Origin: an uncultured Actinomycetes bacterium
GTDB taxonomy: Bacteria > Actinomycetota > Thermoleophilia > Solirubrobacterales > 70-9
Length of the DNA: 64,000 nt
Direction of reading: 5' to 3'
Assembly (NCBI GenBank): GCA_963739355.1
Contig: CAVUAD010000001.1
Span: 303,776-367,775, forward strand
The translations under genes and the position numbers were made by a program. Within the stretch, counting starts at the first letter, position 1; each line of letters starts with the position of its first letter. This document shows positions 19,338-27,885 of this stretch, in pieces. A model generated the notes under the pieces. That model was not told the DNA's origin. It did no database searches and saw nothing but the letters and a program-made list of their open reading frames with translations.

Positions 19338-20939
19338 TCAGCCGGTGGCGGCCAGGCGCTTTCTGTGCGTGCGGATCTCGCTCATGATCCGCTCGAGCCT
19401 GGGCTCGGTGGAGGAGTCCACGTGGCTCATCCCGGCCGCGATCGCGGGGTGCACAGCGGCGATCCGCTCGTGCATCGCCTGGGCGACCGCGCGGTAGGTG
19501 GGGTGCCCCTCGCGGCCCGAGCGCAGCTCGCAGAGGTGCATGGCCTCGCGAGCGTTCAGGTCGAGGATGTAGCGGATGCGGTAGCCCAGGCAGAGCGCGT
19601 AGGGAGCGGCGTCCGGAAGCCCGGCCGCCTCCAGGCGATCGAACTCGGCGTGCGAGATCTCGAGCGCGCGCTCGTACTCACCGCCGGCGCCGGCCTCGCG
19701 GACCTCCTCGGGCACGCCCGCGCCGAGGTCCGGGCTGAGGCGCTGCCACTGGCAGGTCAGCATCCGGTGGCGCTGCAGGTCGCGGAAGCCGCCGTAGTCG
19801 GAGACGATCTCGAAGCGGTAGCGGACGCGCTCCCAGCCCCGCCCGGGGCGGTGGCGGCGGTTGACCCGCTCGCCGGCGAGCTCGGAGATGAGCTCCGCCC
19901 GCTGGATCGGGTCCAGCGCCGTCACGCGCGCCGTGATGGCCGCCTCGCCGGCGCCGGCCGACTCGTACAGGCTGGAGGCGAGGAGGTCCTCCTCGCCGCC
20001 GTCGACGCCGATCAGCTCGACCGACGGCGCGTCTGCGGGCTCGCGGCGGTCGAGCCCGAGCCGCGCGACCACCTTCGCCGCGGCGCCGCGGCGCTCGCCC
20101 AGGTAGGTGATCCACGCGCCGCCGCGGTCCGGCTGGCCGATCCGGGCGACGAAGCTCGGGATCATCTTCGCCAACTCGGCGTGGAGCATCTCGCCGTAGG
20201 CGCGAGCCTCCGGAAGCGGCGATGCCAGCAGGCGCATGACCAGCTGCTCGTAGGCCTGGCCGGAGGCGAAGATGCCGACGTGGCTGAGCGTCGCGGCGGG
20301 GAGGAGGCCGCGCAGCAGGTCAAACGCCTTCGCGCGGATCGAGCTGCGCCACGCGCCCTCGGGCTCCTCGCCCCGAGGCCAGCGCTCCTCCGCCCAGGCG
20401 CGGACCTGCTCGAGTGAGGCCGAGTAGATCCGAAACAGCTCGTCCATCGTCGTGCGGAACTCCGGGCCGAGCTCGTCGTCGGCGTAGTAGCGGTAGCCGC
20501 CGCCGGGCATGGGCTGGTCGTAGGCGATGTAGCGGGTCGACTGCTCGAGGTAGGCCGCCAGCCGGCCACGCTGAAGGACCTTGGTGAGCACGTTAGACGC
20601 CCACTCGCAGGCAATGTGGGCCCCGCCGACCTGGGCGATCGAGTCGTCCCCGTAGCCGATGAAGACGCGCTCGTAGAGCTTTGCCGCCCGCTCGCCCTCG
20701 ACGCCGTCGAGCGGGCGCGAGCCGTCCGGGACGTCGGCGGCGAACTCGTCGAGGAAGAGCCGCCGCAGCGAGCCGCCATAACGCGAGTAGCGCGCGAAGA
20801 GCGCTCCCTTGACCGTCTCCGGGAGGTTGACGAGGCCGAAGACGGGGCCGTCCAGATTCGTGAAGTGCCGAGCCAGGAGCTCCTGCTCGGCGGCGGTGAA
20901 TTCCTCTACGGGGTAGCGCATGTGGGGTCGGGCGGCCAC
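19338..20939 (-). CDS. Double-length ThyX-like (flavin-dependent thymidylate synthase family) protein
   Basis: 533 aa. The N-half carries LQRGRLAAYLEQSTRY and the C-half FRDLQRHRMLTCQWQRLS, both resembling the ThyX RHR...S...RY motif region. Confidence 0.65.
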   Translation of the reverse strand: MAARPHMRYPVEEFTAAEQELLARHFTNLDGPVFGLVNLPETVKGALFARYSRYGGSLRRLFLDEFAADVPDGSRPLDGVEGERAAKLYERVFIGYGDDSIAQVGGAHIACEWASNVLTKVLQRGRLAAYLEQSTRYIAYDQPMPGGGYRYYADDELGPEFRTTMDELFRIYSASLEQVRAWAEERWPRGEEPEGAWRSSIRAKAFDLLRGLLPAATLSHVGIFASGQAYEQLVMRLLASPLPEARAYGEMLHAELAKMIPSFVARIGQPDRGGAWITYLGERRGAAAKVVARLGLDRREPADAPSVELIGVDGGEEDLLASSLYESAGAGEAAITARVTALDPIQRAELISELAGERVNRRHRPGRGWERVRYRFEIVSDYGGFRDLQRHRMLTCQWQRLSPDLGAGVPEEVREAGAGGEYERALEISHAEFDRLEAAGLPDAAPYALCLGYRIRYILDLNAREAMHLCELRSGREGHPTYRAVAQAMHERIAAVHPAIAAGMSHVDSSTEPRLERIMSEIRTHRKRLAATG

Positions 20940-20985
20940 TCATCTCGCATCCTAGGGTCCGATCCGGCGGTCCACCGGCCTCGTC

Positions 20986-21393
20986 TCAGCCGCTGTTTCC
21001 GGGTTCCGGCGGAGCCGCCATCAGCTCCACGCGGTGCCCGCCCGGCCCGACCACGAAGCCCCGTCGCTCGCCCCAGAGCTGGTGCGACTCCTCGAACTCG
21101 AAGCCGGCGGCGGCGAGCGCGGCCGTCGTCTGGTCGAGGTCCGGCGCTACCACCGCGGCGTGGCCCACGAGCGGCACCGCGGCCTCCGGCGTGTGGATCA
21201 GATGGATCTGGTTCGGCCCGTTCTCCATCCAGGTGACGTACTCCGCGATCTGCTCGGGAGCCGGCAGGCGCCGGAAGCCGAGGATCGCAAAGAACTCGAC
21301 CGTGGCCTCGACCTCGTCCGGCTGGACCTCGAGCGAGACGTGGTGAAGCGCGACCCCGGTCACGCCCCCAGCATAGGAGGCGCGACCGGGCAC
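20986..21393 (-). CDS. VOC/glyoxalase-family protein
   Basis: LHHVSLEV...FFAILGF...GHAAV...GGHRVELM pattern. Confidence 0.75.
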   Translation of the reverse strand: MPGRASYAGGVTGVALHHVSLEVQPDEVEATVEFFAILGFRRLPAPEQIAEYVTWMENGPNQIHLIHTPEAAVPLVGHAAVVAPDLDQTTAALAAAGFEFEESHQLWGERRGFVVGPGGHRVELMAAPPEPGNSG

Positions 21394-21396
21394 CGG

Positions 21397-21825
21397 CTAC
21401 TTGTAGAAGACGACGTAGAAGGGCTCAGGTGAGACGTTGTCGCCGTCGGACGTCACGACCTCGGCCTGGACGCCCGTCGTTCCGCATTCGTGGAACGGGT
21501 CGCCCTTGGACACCTCCGCCTGCTCGGTGGCGCCGCCGATTCCGAGGTTCCCGAGGTCGATTGTCGCCTGGGCGCCCTTGAACGAGAAGGGCAGGTGCTT
21601 GAAGCAGTAGGCGGCCGTCTCCTTGAGATCGACGTCGGCGTTCGTGACGTTCTTCGACTGATGGGAGATGACGTTCCCGTCGGGGTCGACCCGCGCATAG
21701 CCGACGATCTTGCCGTTGCTGGTGGCGTGCCCGTGGACGGCGAGCGCCGTCCCGCCGAGCGCGACGAACAGCGCGATGAGAGCGATCATGGTTGCTGCGG
21801 AAGGGCGTCGGGTGGGTGCGTTCAT
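21397..21825 (-). CDS. Small secreted hypothetical protein
   Basis: ATG at 21825 overlaps the upstream TGA (ATGA). The signal peptide is MNAPTRRPSAATMIALIALFVALGGTALA. Confidence 0.6.
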   Translation of the reverse strand: MNAPTRRPSAATMIALIALFVALGGTALAVHGHATSNGKIVGYARVDPDGNVISHQSKNVTNADVDLKETAAYCFKHLPFSFKGAQATIDLGNLGIGGATEQAEVSKGDPFHECGTTGVQAEVVTSDGDNVSPEPFYVVFYK

Positions 21826-23264
21826 GGATTCCCCTTTGTAGACCTGTTTGCGAGCAGCTCCAGGATGACGTCGATCAGGAGGTTGACGTCGGCCTCGGTC
21901 GTCTGCCAATTGACGATGGCGGGGCGGAAGGCGATCCGCCCGTCGTAAGTCGTGGTGCCGCTGAACACCCTGCCGTCGGCCAGTAGCGCGGCGCCAAGCT
22001 CGGTGTTCAGCTTGTCGAGCTCCGCATCGTCGTCGATCCCCGCCGGGTGCACCCTGAAGCAGACGATGTTGAGCCTGACGTCGGCGAGGCGCTCGAGAGC
22101 CGGCTCGCGATCCACCCGCTCGGCCAGCGCGCGGGCGATTGCCAGGTGGCGCTCCACCATCGCCCGGTGGCCGGCGCGGCCGTAGGCGCGGAGCGTCGCC
22201 CACACGGCGAGCGCGCGGGCCCGGCGCGAGTTCTCGGGCGTGAGCATCCCGAAGTTGGGGTGGGGGTCGTCGTTTGCCGGTAGATACGGCGCCCCCACCG
22301 TGAACGCCTGCGCCAGCCGCTGCGGCTCGCGGACGAACGCGAAGCCGCAGTCGTAGGGGACGTTCAGCCATTTGTGGGCGTCGGCGGCGACGGAGTCGGC
22401 GCGTTCGATCCCGTCGGTCAGCGCGCGGCTCTCCGGGGCCAGCCGGGCGAAAAGGCCGAAGGCGCCGTCCACGTGCAGCCAGGCGCCGCGCGCCTTCGCG
22501 ACCTCGGCCATCTCCTCGAGCGGGTCGAAGTCGCCCGCGTTCACCTCGCCGGCGTTCGCGATCACGACCGCCGGAGCACCCCCGAGGTCGTCGAGCTCGC
22601 GTGCCAGGGCGTCGAGGTCGAGCCGGCCCACGCCGTCGCGGGCGAGCGTTCGGATCCGCCCTCGGCCGAGGCCCAGCATGCTGATCGCCTGCTGCGCGCT
22701 GGGGTGCACGTAGCCGCTGGAGAAGACGGGCATCGGCGGCAGGCCGGCGAGCCCGTCCTCGTCGGCGTTCGCGCCGTGCTGCTCGGCCCACCAGGAGCGC
22801 GCGGCCGCGAGCGAGGTGAAGTTGGCCATCGTCGCGCCGCTGACCAGGACGCCGGTCATCTCGCTCGGCAGCTCGAAGAGGTCGCCAAGCCAGGCGGTGG
22901 CGACGCGCTCCAGCGTCGCGGCGAACGGCGAGCTGGCCCACGCGTAGGCCACCTGGTCGTAGGCCGAGGCGAGCCAGTCCGCCCCCAGCGCGGCCGGCGT
23001 CCCGCCGCCCATCACGAAGTGGAAGAACCGCGGCCCGGACGACCGCGTGGCGGTTCGGCCGGCGAGCTCGCTCAGCTCCCGGAGAGCGGTGAGCGCGCCG
23101 TCCCCGTCCTCGGGCAGCGAGCCGCCCCAGGCCTCGAGCTCCTCCGGCGCGCCCGAAGCGAGCACGCGCTCGTCCCCAATGCCGTCGAGGTAGTTGCGGG
23201 CCGAATCGGCGGCGAATGAGAGGGACTCCGCGAGTTCGTCGCGAAGCTCGAGGGGATCGGGCAC
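21822..23264 (-). CDS. PLP-dependent group II decarboxylase
   Basis: 480 aa. DSVAADAHKWLNVPYDCG is the PLP-lysine region, within a fold-type I layout. Confidence 0.8.
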   Translation of the reverse strand: MPDPLELRDELAESLSFAADSARNYLDGIGDERVLASGAPEELEAWGGSLPEDGDGALTALRELSELAGRTATRSSGPRFFHFVMGGGTPAALGADWLASAYDQVAYAWASSPFAATLERVATAWLGDLFELPSEMTGVLVSGATMANFTSLAAARSWWAEQHGANADEDGLAGLPPMPVFSSGYVHPSAQQAISMLGLGRGRIRTLARDGVGRLDLDALARELDDLGGAPAVVIANAGEVNAGDFDPLEEMAEVAKARGAWLHVDGAFGLFARLAPESRALTDGIERADSVAADAHKWLNVPYDCGFAFVREPQRLAQAFTVGAPYLPANDDPHPNFGMLTPENSRRARALAVWATLRAYGRAGHRAMVERHLAIARALAERVDREPALERLADVRLNIVCFRVHPAGIDDDAELDKLNTELGAALLADGRVFSGTTTYDGRIAFRPAIVNWQTTEADVNLLIDVILELLANRSTKGNP

Positions 23265-23289
23265 CCGGCGATCCTATGCCCGAAGGGGC

Positions 23290-24741
23290 TCACTCCAGAC
23301 GTTGGAGCTTCGGCCACTGCTCGCTCCAGCCTCCGATCGGGCGCGAGCAGACGAGGACGGGCTCGCCGTACTCGTCGTTGTCGATCCCGGCCGCGTCGTG
23401 GATGCGTTGCTCCCGCCGGCAGTCCTCGAAGTGCTCCTTCGCGAACGGTCGCGAGAGACCGACCGTGATCACCGGCGCCCAGCCCGCCGGAGGCGGGCCC
23501 CAATCCCAGAAAGCGTTCTGGATTCCGTACGCCTGCGGCAGGCCGAGCGCCGGTCCGTAGCGATCGACGGCGCCCGCCTCGCCGTAGTTGGAGCCCAGGA
23601 TCACGGCGTGCGGCGGGCTTCCTTCCTGCTTGTAGATACCGGCGACGGTCCGCACGAGGTCCGGCCACCCGATGGTCTCCCCGACGTCGGGGTTGGTGTT
23701 GACGACCCCTTCGGCGTTCTTGGCCGGGACGATCGGGAGCGAGATCACCGCGGTGACGAGCCCCGTCAGCACCACCACCGCGCCAAACGCCCACCTCCGC
23801 CCCGCCCGGTCGGCCATCCAACGGTCGACGGCAATGCTTCCCGCCGCGAGCAGCGCCGGCAGGAGGCCGGATAGGTAGTACGGCTTGCCGCCGGTCGCCA
23901 TGAAGACCACCGCGAGCACGCCCCACGCCACCACCAAGAAGCGGAACCGCCGGCCGGCTGGGTCCCGCCAGAGCCAGATCATCCCGGCGATCCAGACCGG
24001 CGCCAACGGTGGGCCGGCGAGCAGGAGCTGGAACGGGAGGAGCGCCCACCAGGGCTGCGAGCTCGTCGAGTTGCCCGCGGCGATCGACCGGGAGACGTCG
24101 ATCTGAGGCCAGCCATGACTCGCCTGCCAGATCACCCAGGGCGAGAAGAGCGCGAGGGCGATCGCCACGCCGCCCCAGACCCAGGGCAAGCGCAGCAGGT
24201 GACGTGGCCCGCAGACCAGCACGCCGGCCAGCAGGCCGACGGCCAGGAAGGCCGGCAGCGGCTTGTTGAGCAGCGCGACGCCGAGCACGAGCCCCGCGAC
24301 GAGCCAGAGGCGCTCGTTGCCGGTCCGAATCGCCCTGATCACGATCCAGGTGAGCGCCGCGGAGGCGAGCAGGTCGAAGGTCGAGGTGCTCAACGTGTGG
24401 CCTGTGAAGAGGACGATGGGGGCCGCGGCCGCGCAGGCCCCGGCGATCAATTGCGCGCGGCGCGAGCCGCCGAGCTCGCGCGCGATCGTCCCCGTCAGCA
24501 CCACGAGGAGCCCTGCCGCGAATGCCGACGGCACGCGGAGCACCGTGAGGCTGTCGGGAGCGACGCCGCTCATCGCCCGGGCGATGAGCGGCGTCACGGG
24601 CCCCTGGTCGTCGTACGCCCAGTTCAGGTGATGGCTCGCCGCCAGGAAGTAGAGCTCGTCGCGGTGGTAGCCGTAGGCGCCGGCAAACACGACCAGAATC
24701 GCCGTGACGGCTGCGCCGAGCGCGAGCAGTCTTCGGTCCAC
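23290..24741 (-). CDS. GT39 (ArnT/PMT-like) membrane glycosyltransferase
   Basis: Polytopic. The N-terminal YHRDELYFLAASHHLNWAYDDQGPVTPLIARAM is typical of the family. The GTG start is 3 nt after the nuoN stop. Confidence 0.7.
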   Translation of the reverse strand: MDRRLLALGAAVTAILVVFAGAYGYHRDELYFLAASHHLNWAYDDQGPVTPLIARAMSGVAPDSLTVLRVPSAFAAGLLVVLTGTIARELGGSRRAQLIAGACAAAAPIVLFTGHTLSTSTFDLLASAALTWIVIRAIRTGNERLWLVAGLVLGVALLNKPLPAFLAVGLLAGVLVCGPRHLLRLPWVWGGVAIALALFSPWVIWQASHGWPQIDVSRSIAAGNSTSSQPWWALLPFQLLLAGPPLAPVWIAGMIWLWRDPAGRRFRFLVVAWGVLAVVFMATGGKPYYLSGLLPALLAAGSIAVDRWMADRAGRRWAFGAVVVLTGLVTAVISLPIVPAKNAEGVVNTNPDVGETIGWPDLVRTVAGIYKQEGSPPHAVILGSNYGEAGAVDRYGPALGLPQAYGIQNAFWDWGPPPAGWAPVITVGLSRPFAKEHFEDCRREQRIHDAAGIDNDEYGEPVLVCSRPIGGWSEQWPKLQRLE

Positions 24742-24744
24742 GAC

Positions 24745-26298
24745 CTACATGATGGAGGAGAAGATCGCCGCCCCCGCGTGCTGCGCCCAGTCGACGAGGG
24801 GCGACGGGATGATCCCGAAGAAGACGGTCGCTGCCGCGGCGATGCACGCCAGAAGGACCGCGACGCTGAGGCGGTGCTCCGGAAGCTCCTCGTCGGCTTC
24901 GGGGGAGCCGCCCGCGATTGCGGGCATCGCCTCGCCTGCCACGCGGCGCTCCTCGGTGTTGGGCCGGGCGGCCGGGCGCATCCAGACCGCCGCGATCACC
25001 CGCAGGTAGTACGCGAGCGAGACCATCGTGCCGATCGCGATCATCACGCCGAGCCACGTGTAGTCGCTGCCGACGGCGCCCTCGATCAGGTAGAGCTTGC
25101 CCATGAAGCCCGCGGTCCCGGGCAGACCGGCGAGCCCGAGCATGGCGATCGTGAGCGGCCAGGCGAGCTCAGGCCGGTTGCGACCCAGGCCCTGCACGGC
25201 GGCGATGTCGTCGCCGAGGGCGCTCTCGCGCTCGCGGATCACGATCACCGCGAACGCGGCGAGGTTCATCAGCGCGTAGGCGGCGAGGTAGAAGACGAGG
25301 GCGTCGACGCCGGCCGCCGAGCCCGCCACGAGGCCGACGAGCATGTAGCCGGCCTGAGCCACCCCGGAGTAGCCGAGCAGGCGCTTCAGCGAGCTCTGGC
25401 CGAGGGCGCCGATGTTGCCGACGACGATGGAGACGGTCGCCAGGGCGGCGAGGGCAGGCTGCCAGTTGTCGATCGCCGGGCCCAGGGCAACCAGGAAGAA
25501 CCGGGCGAAGACTGCGAACGCGGCGGCCTTCGTGGCGACGGCCATGAACGCCGTCACCGGGGTTGGCGCGCCCTGGTAGACGTCGGGCGTCCACTGGTGG
25601 AAGGGCGCGATCGAGAGCTTGAAGGCGAAGCCGGTGGCGGCGAGCCCGATGCCGAGCAGGATCAGCGGGTCGTCGACCAGGCTGCCTCCGATCGCGCTGC
25701 GGATCGCCGTGAAGTCCGTGGAGCCGCTGCCGCCGTAGATGAACGCCAGCCCGTAGAGCAGGGTCGCCGAGCCGAGCGAGCCGACGATGAGGTACTTGAG
25801 GCCGGACTCGAGCGACTTCTCCCGGCGCAACGCCGACCCGCACAGCGCGTAGAGCGGCACCGAGAGGAGCTCGAGCGCGACGAACGCCGCGATCAGGTTC
25901 TGGGCCTGGGCGAGCAGCGTCATGCCGAGCACCGAGGAGAGCAGGAGCGCCTGGAACTCGCCGTGCCCGCCCGCGCCGGCCGGGTTCTCGATGGACTCCT
26001 CGCCCCAGGAGAGCGGGATGACGAACGCGGCCGAGAAGATCGCGATCAGCGTCGCCGCCAGGCCGAGGCCATCCATTCGCAGCGCGCCGGCGACGAGGTC
26101 CTTTGGCGTCTCGCCCCACTGCCAGATGCAGAGCCCCGCCGCCGCCGCGAGCGTCAGGAGGCTCAGCGTCGAGACCAGGGCGCGCTCGCGCTTGGAGCTC
26201 ATGACCGCGCCGGCCAGCACGACGACGATGCCCGCCGTCAGCGCGATCACGGGCGAGAGCCCCGCGTAGTCGATGTGGGGGGCGTTGAAGCCGTTCAC
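24745..26298 (-). CDS. nuoN: NADH-quinone oxidoreductase subunit N
   Basis: Antiporter-like subunit. GTG at 26298 overlaps the nuoM TGA (GTGA). An alternative GTG is at 26337. Confidence 0.9.
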   Translation of the reverse strand: MNGFNAPHIDYAGLSPVIALTAGIVVVLAGAVMSSKRERALVSTLSLLTLAAAAGLCIWQWGETPKDLVAGALRMDGLGLAATLIAIFSAAFVIPLSWGEESIENPAGAGGHGEFQALLLSSVLGMTLLAQAQNLIAAFVALELLSVPLYALCGSALRREKSLESGLKYLIVGSLGSATLLYGLAFIYGGSGSTDFTAIRSAIGGSLVDDPLILLGIGLAATGFAFKLSIAPFHQWTPDVYQGAPTPVTAFMAVATKAAAFAVFARFFLVALGPAIDNWQPALAALATVSIVVGNIGALGQSSLKRLLGYSGVAQAGYMLVGLVAGSAAGVDALVFYLAAYALMNLAAFAVIVIRERESALGDDIAAVQGLGRNRPELAWPLTIAMLGLAGLPGTAGFMGKLYLIEGAVGSDYTWLGVMIAIGTMVSLAYYLRVIAAVWMRPAARPNTEERRVAGEAMPAIAGGSPEADEELPEHRLSVAVLLACIAAAATVFFGIIPSPLVDWAQHAGAAIFSSIM

Positions 26299-27848
26299 TG
26301 CTTCGTGACCTTCGCGAGAGGCGCGTAGCAGGTCCACCCGTGCGGGCAGGCCCTCTGGTTCCCGGCGGTCGTCGTCTGCTCGTTAGCGGCCGACACCGCG
26401 CCGAGCTTGTCCTGCACGGCGGTGTCGGCGCGCTTCGTGATCAGGCCGGGGTAGAGGGCGAGGCCCACGATGCAGGCGACCAGCGGCGCGATCACCAGGG
26501 CGTCGCGCAGCGACAGCTCACGCGACTCGACGCCCTCCGGCAGGCGGTTGTGCATGGTGCGCTGGTAGAGGCGCAGCGCGTAGTAGGCCGCCAGCGGAAC
26601 GCCGATCGCAGCGACGAACGCGTAGACGATCTTCGACTGGAAGACGCCGATCAGGATGTCGAACTCGCCGATGAAGTTGGCGGAGCCGGGCATCGCGAGC
26701 GTCGCCAGGGTCACGATCAGGAAGAGCGAGGCGAGCACCGGCGCCCTGAAGGCGAGGCCGCCGAGGCGGGTGATGTCCTCGGTGCCGGCGCGCTCGGCGA
26801 TGAGGATGATGATCAGGAAGATCGGCGCCACGACCAGGCCGTGGTTGACCATCTGCAGGACCGCCCCGTCGCCGCCGGCGGTCTGCAGCGAGAAGATCCC
26901 GATCGTGATGAAGCCGAGCTGAGCGATCGAGGAGTAGCCGGCGATCAGGCGCACGTTGGTCTGCGTGAACGCCATGATCGAGCCGTAGAGGATCGAGGCG
27001 ACCCCGATCAGGAGGATCAGCTCCTGGAAGTGCGTGGTGGCCGCGGGGAACAGCGGCAGGACGACGCGCAGGAAGCCGTACGCGCCGACCTTCGGCAGCA
27101 CGCCCGATAGCAGCGCGAGCACCGGGAGCGGAGCCGCGCGGTAGGCGTCGGGCATCCACCCGTGCACGGGGAACGCCGGCATCTTGATCAGGAAGGCCGC
27201 GGCGAAGAAGCAGAAGATCCACTCCTGGCTGCTCACCGAGAGCGTGTTGGCGCGCAGCTCGGCGAGCGAGAAGGTGAGGTGCCCGATGTCGCCCGACGCG
27301 ATCACCGCGGTCGCGATCGCGGCGACGAGCATGAGGAGCGAGCCGACCAGGGTGTAGACGAGCATCTTGATCGTCGCCGCGACCCGGTTCTCGCCGCCGA
27401 ACGTCCCGATCAGGAAGAAGAACGGGATCAGCATGAGGTCGAAGAAGAGGACGAACAGCAGCAGGTCCTGGGCGAGGAACGCGCCCAGCGTCGCCGTCTC
27501 GCCCAGGGCGAGCATGAAGAAGTAGACGCGCTCGCGCCCCTCGGGCATCCGGAACATCGAGAACGTCGTCGACGCCGCCCACAGCAGCGCGGTGAGCAGC
27601 ACGAGGAAGACGCTCAACCCGTCGACGCCGAGCTGGTAGCGGACCCCCAGGCCGGGGATCCAGCTGACGTCCACCGTGTGCTGGAGCCCGGGCGTGCCGA
27701 GGTGGAAGTCGGCGACCAGGGCGATGGCGATCCCGAGGGTCACGAGGGAGCCCACGGTCGCCGCCCAGGGGACGACGCGCCTGGGCAGCACGAACCCGAG
27801 GAGCCCGACGGCGAGGGGCAGCCACAGCAGGACGTTCAACACGAGCAT
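26295..27848 (-). CDS. nuoM: NADH-quinone oxidoreductase subunit M
   Basis: Typical NuoM sequence (HGWMPDAY...). GGAGGG lies only 1 nt before ATG 27848, so GTG 27842 is an alternative start. Confidence 0.9.
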   Translation of the reverse strand: MLVLNVLLWLPLAVGLLGFVLPRRVVPWAATVGSLVTLGIAIALVADFHLGTPGLQHTVDVSWIPGLGVRYQLGVDGLSVFLVLLTALLWAASTTFSMFRMPEGRERVYFFMLALGETATLGAFLAQDLLLFVLFFDLMLIPFFFLIGTFGGENRVAATIKMLVYTLVGSLLMLVAAIATAVIASGDIGHLTFSLAELRANTLSVSSQEWIFCFFAAAFLIKMPAFPVHGWMPDAYRAAPLPVLALLSGVLPKVGAYGFLRVVLPLFPAATTHFQELILLIGVASILYGSIMAFTQTNVRLIAGYSSIAQLGFITIGIFSLQTAGGDGAVLQMVNHGLVVAPIFLIIILIAERAGTEDITRLGGLAFRAPVLASLFLIVTLATLAMPGSANFIGEFDILIGVFQSKIVYAFVAAIGVPLAAYYALRLYQRTMHNRLPEGVESRELSLRDALVIAPLVACIVGLALYPGLITKRADTAVQDKLGAVSAANEQTTTAGNQRACPHGWTCYAPLAKVTKQ

Positions 27849-27853
27849 CCCTC

Positions 27854-27881
27854 CGGACTGCGGACTGCGGACTGCGGACTC
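27854..27881. repeat. Tandem heptamer (CGGACTG)x3 plus a 6/7 fourth unit in the nuoL-nuoM spacer
   Basis: Read directly: CGGACTG CGGACTG CGGACTG CGGACTC. On the mRNA this is (CAGUCCG)n followed by GGAGGG-AUG. Confidence 0.9.
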
Positions 27882-27885
27882 CCCA

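Noticed and set aside
24115-26328. Very long ORFs antisense to or out of frame with real genes. Examples: 24115-26328 (+, 737 aa), 56771-59170 (+, 799 aa), 10655-12775 (-, 706 aa), 22-1653 (-), 504-2051 (+), 35832-37739 (+) and 52849-54594 (-).
   Set aside because: Their translations are monotonous Arg/Pro/Gly/Ala/Asp strings with no motifs. They overlap genes with unmistakable family signatures (nuoN/M, nrdJ, accA and others). They are the expected stop-codon-poor shadow frames of very GC-rich DNA.
26318-26336. GTAGCAGGTCCACC, which resembles the GTAGCAGGTGGACC core of the nuoE-flanking palindromic element.
   Set aside because: It lies inside the nuoM coding sequence, lacks the heptamer triplet and any inverted partner, and the central bases differ. 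It is likely chance.
27854-27881. The heptamer arrays (27854-27881, 37038-37060, 37778-37800) as CRISPR-like or other spacer-containing arrays.
   Set aside because: The units are only 7 nt and directly abutting, with no spacers and no cas genes. They are simple tandem repeats.
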